Assembly (NCBI GenBank): GCA_001275005.1
Contig: JWZX01002415.1
Coordinates: 1-34,267 of the forward strand
Direction of reading: 5' to 3'
Length of the DNA stretch: 34,267 nucleotides
From: Chrysochromulina tobinii
Lineage: Eukaryota
Numbering within the stretch: the stretch's first letter is position 1; the number at the start of each line of letters is the position of its first letter. The notes under the pieces were generated by a model that saw nothing but the letters and a program-made list of their open reading frames with translations, made no database searches and had not been told where the DNA came from. Below are positions 33,999-34,267 of this stretch, in pieces. Both the position numbers and the translations under genes were made by a program.

Positions 33999-34267
33999 AA
34001 CCAGCCCTACTTTCAAACCGCATCTCCCCGCCAACCCCCCCCCCCTTCCCCCATCCCCCACATTTGCGCAATGCATGCGTCCGCGGCCGAGACGGCGCGT
34101 GACCTCTCGAGCACTCGCGAAACATGCGCCTCTTTGTAGGCCGGCGCAAGGCGGAGCAGCCGCCCGCGCCCGAGCCGGGCTTTCTCGCGCAGACGCGACG
34201 CAACCTCAAGACGCTCAACATGGACGAGTGCAAGACGGCCCTCTACAAGGCGACGACCGACGACCGG

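Noticed and set aside
1..34267. Numerous overlapping or antisense ORFs in the track (e.g. 18362..19627, 5166..6080, 30662..31606, 28462..29424)
   Set aside because: They are shadow ORFs of GC-rich coding sequence, rich in Arg/Ala/Pro, with no recognisable motifs.

Overview
GC-rich eukaryotic nuclear DNA with spliceosomal introns (GT-AG and one GC-AG). The LRR family and intron style suggest a haptophyte, possibly Chrysochromulina-like; that assignment is inference. From left to right: (1) a large non-LTR retrotransposon that starts upstream of the window (RT, RNase H, Cys/His knuckle, two frameshifts, (TAACT)4 tail ending at 7280); (2) a minus-strand gene that appears to fuse a Skp1-like domain, an F-box-like motif and a modular LRR array with variable loops; (3) ubiquilin; (4) an ELM2-motif protein; (5) a 9-exon TRPM-like channel; (6) a monoglyceride lipase-like hydrolase; (7) Serinc; (8) an EF-hand protein; (9) SmB; (10) a small membrane protein; (11) a PUB-jacalin-GH85 ENGase fusion; (12) a decayed coding region at the right end. 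The most striking structure is in the TRPM introns. Several consist of a short shared cassette plus a duplicate of the adjacent exon edge, so the cassette supplies one splice site and the duplicate the other, which suggests ongoing intron creation. One intron has amplified into tandem CAG|GT units that may need recursive splicing. All domain calls are by-eye motif recognition; no searches were run.
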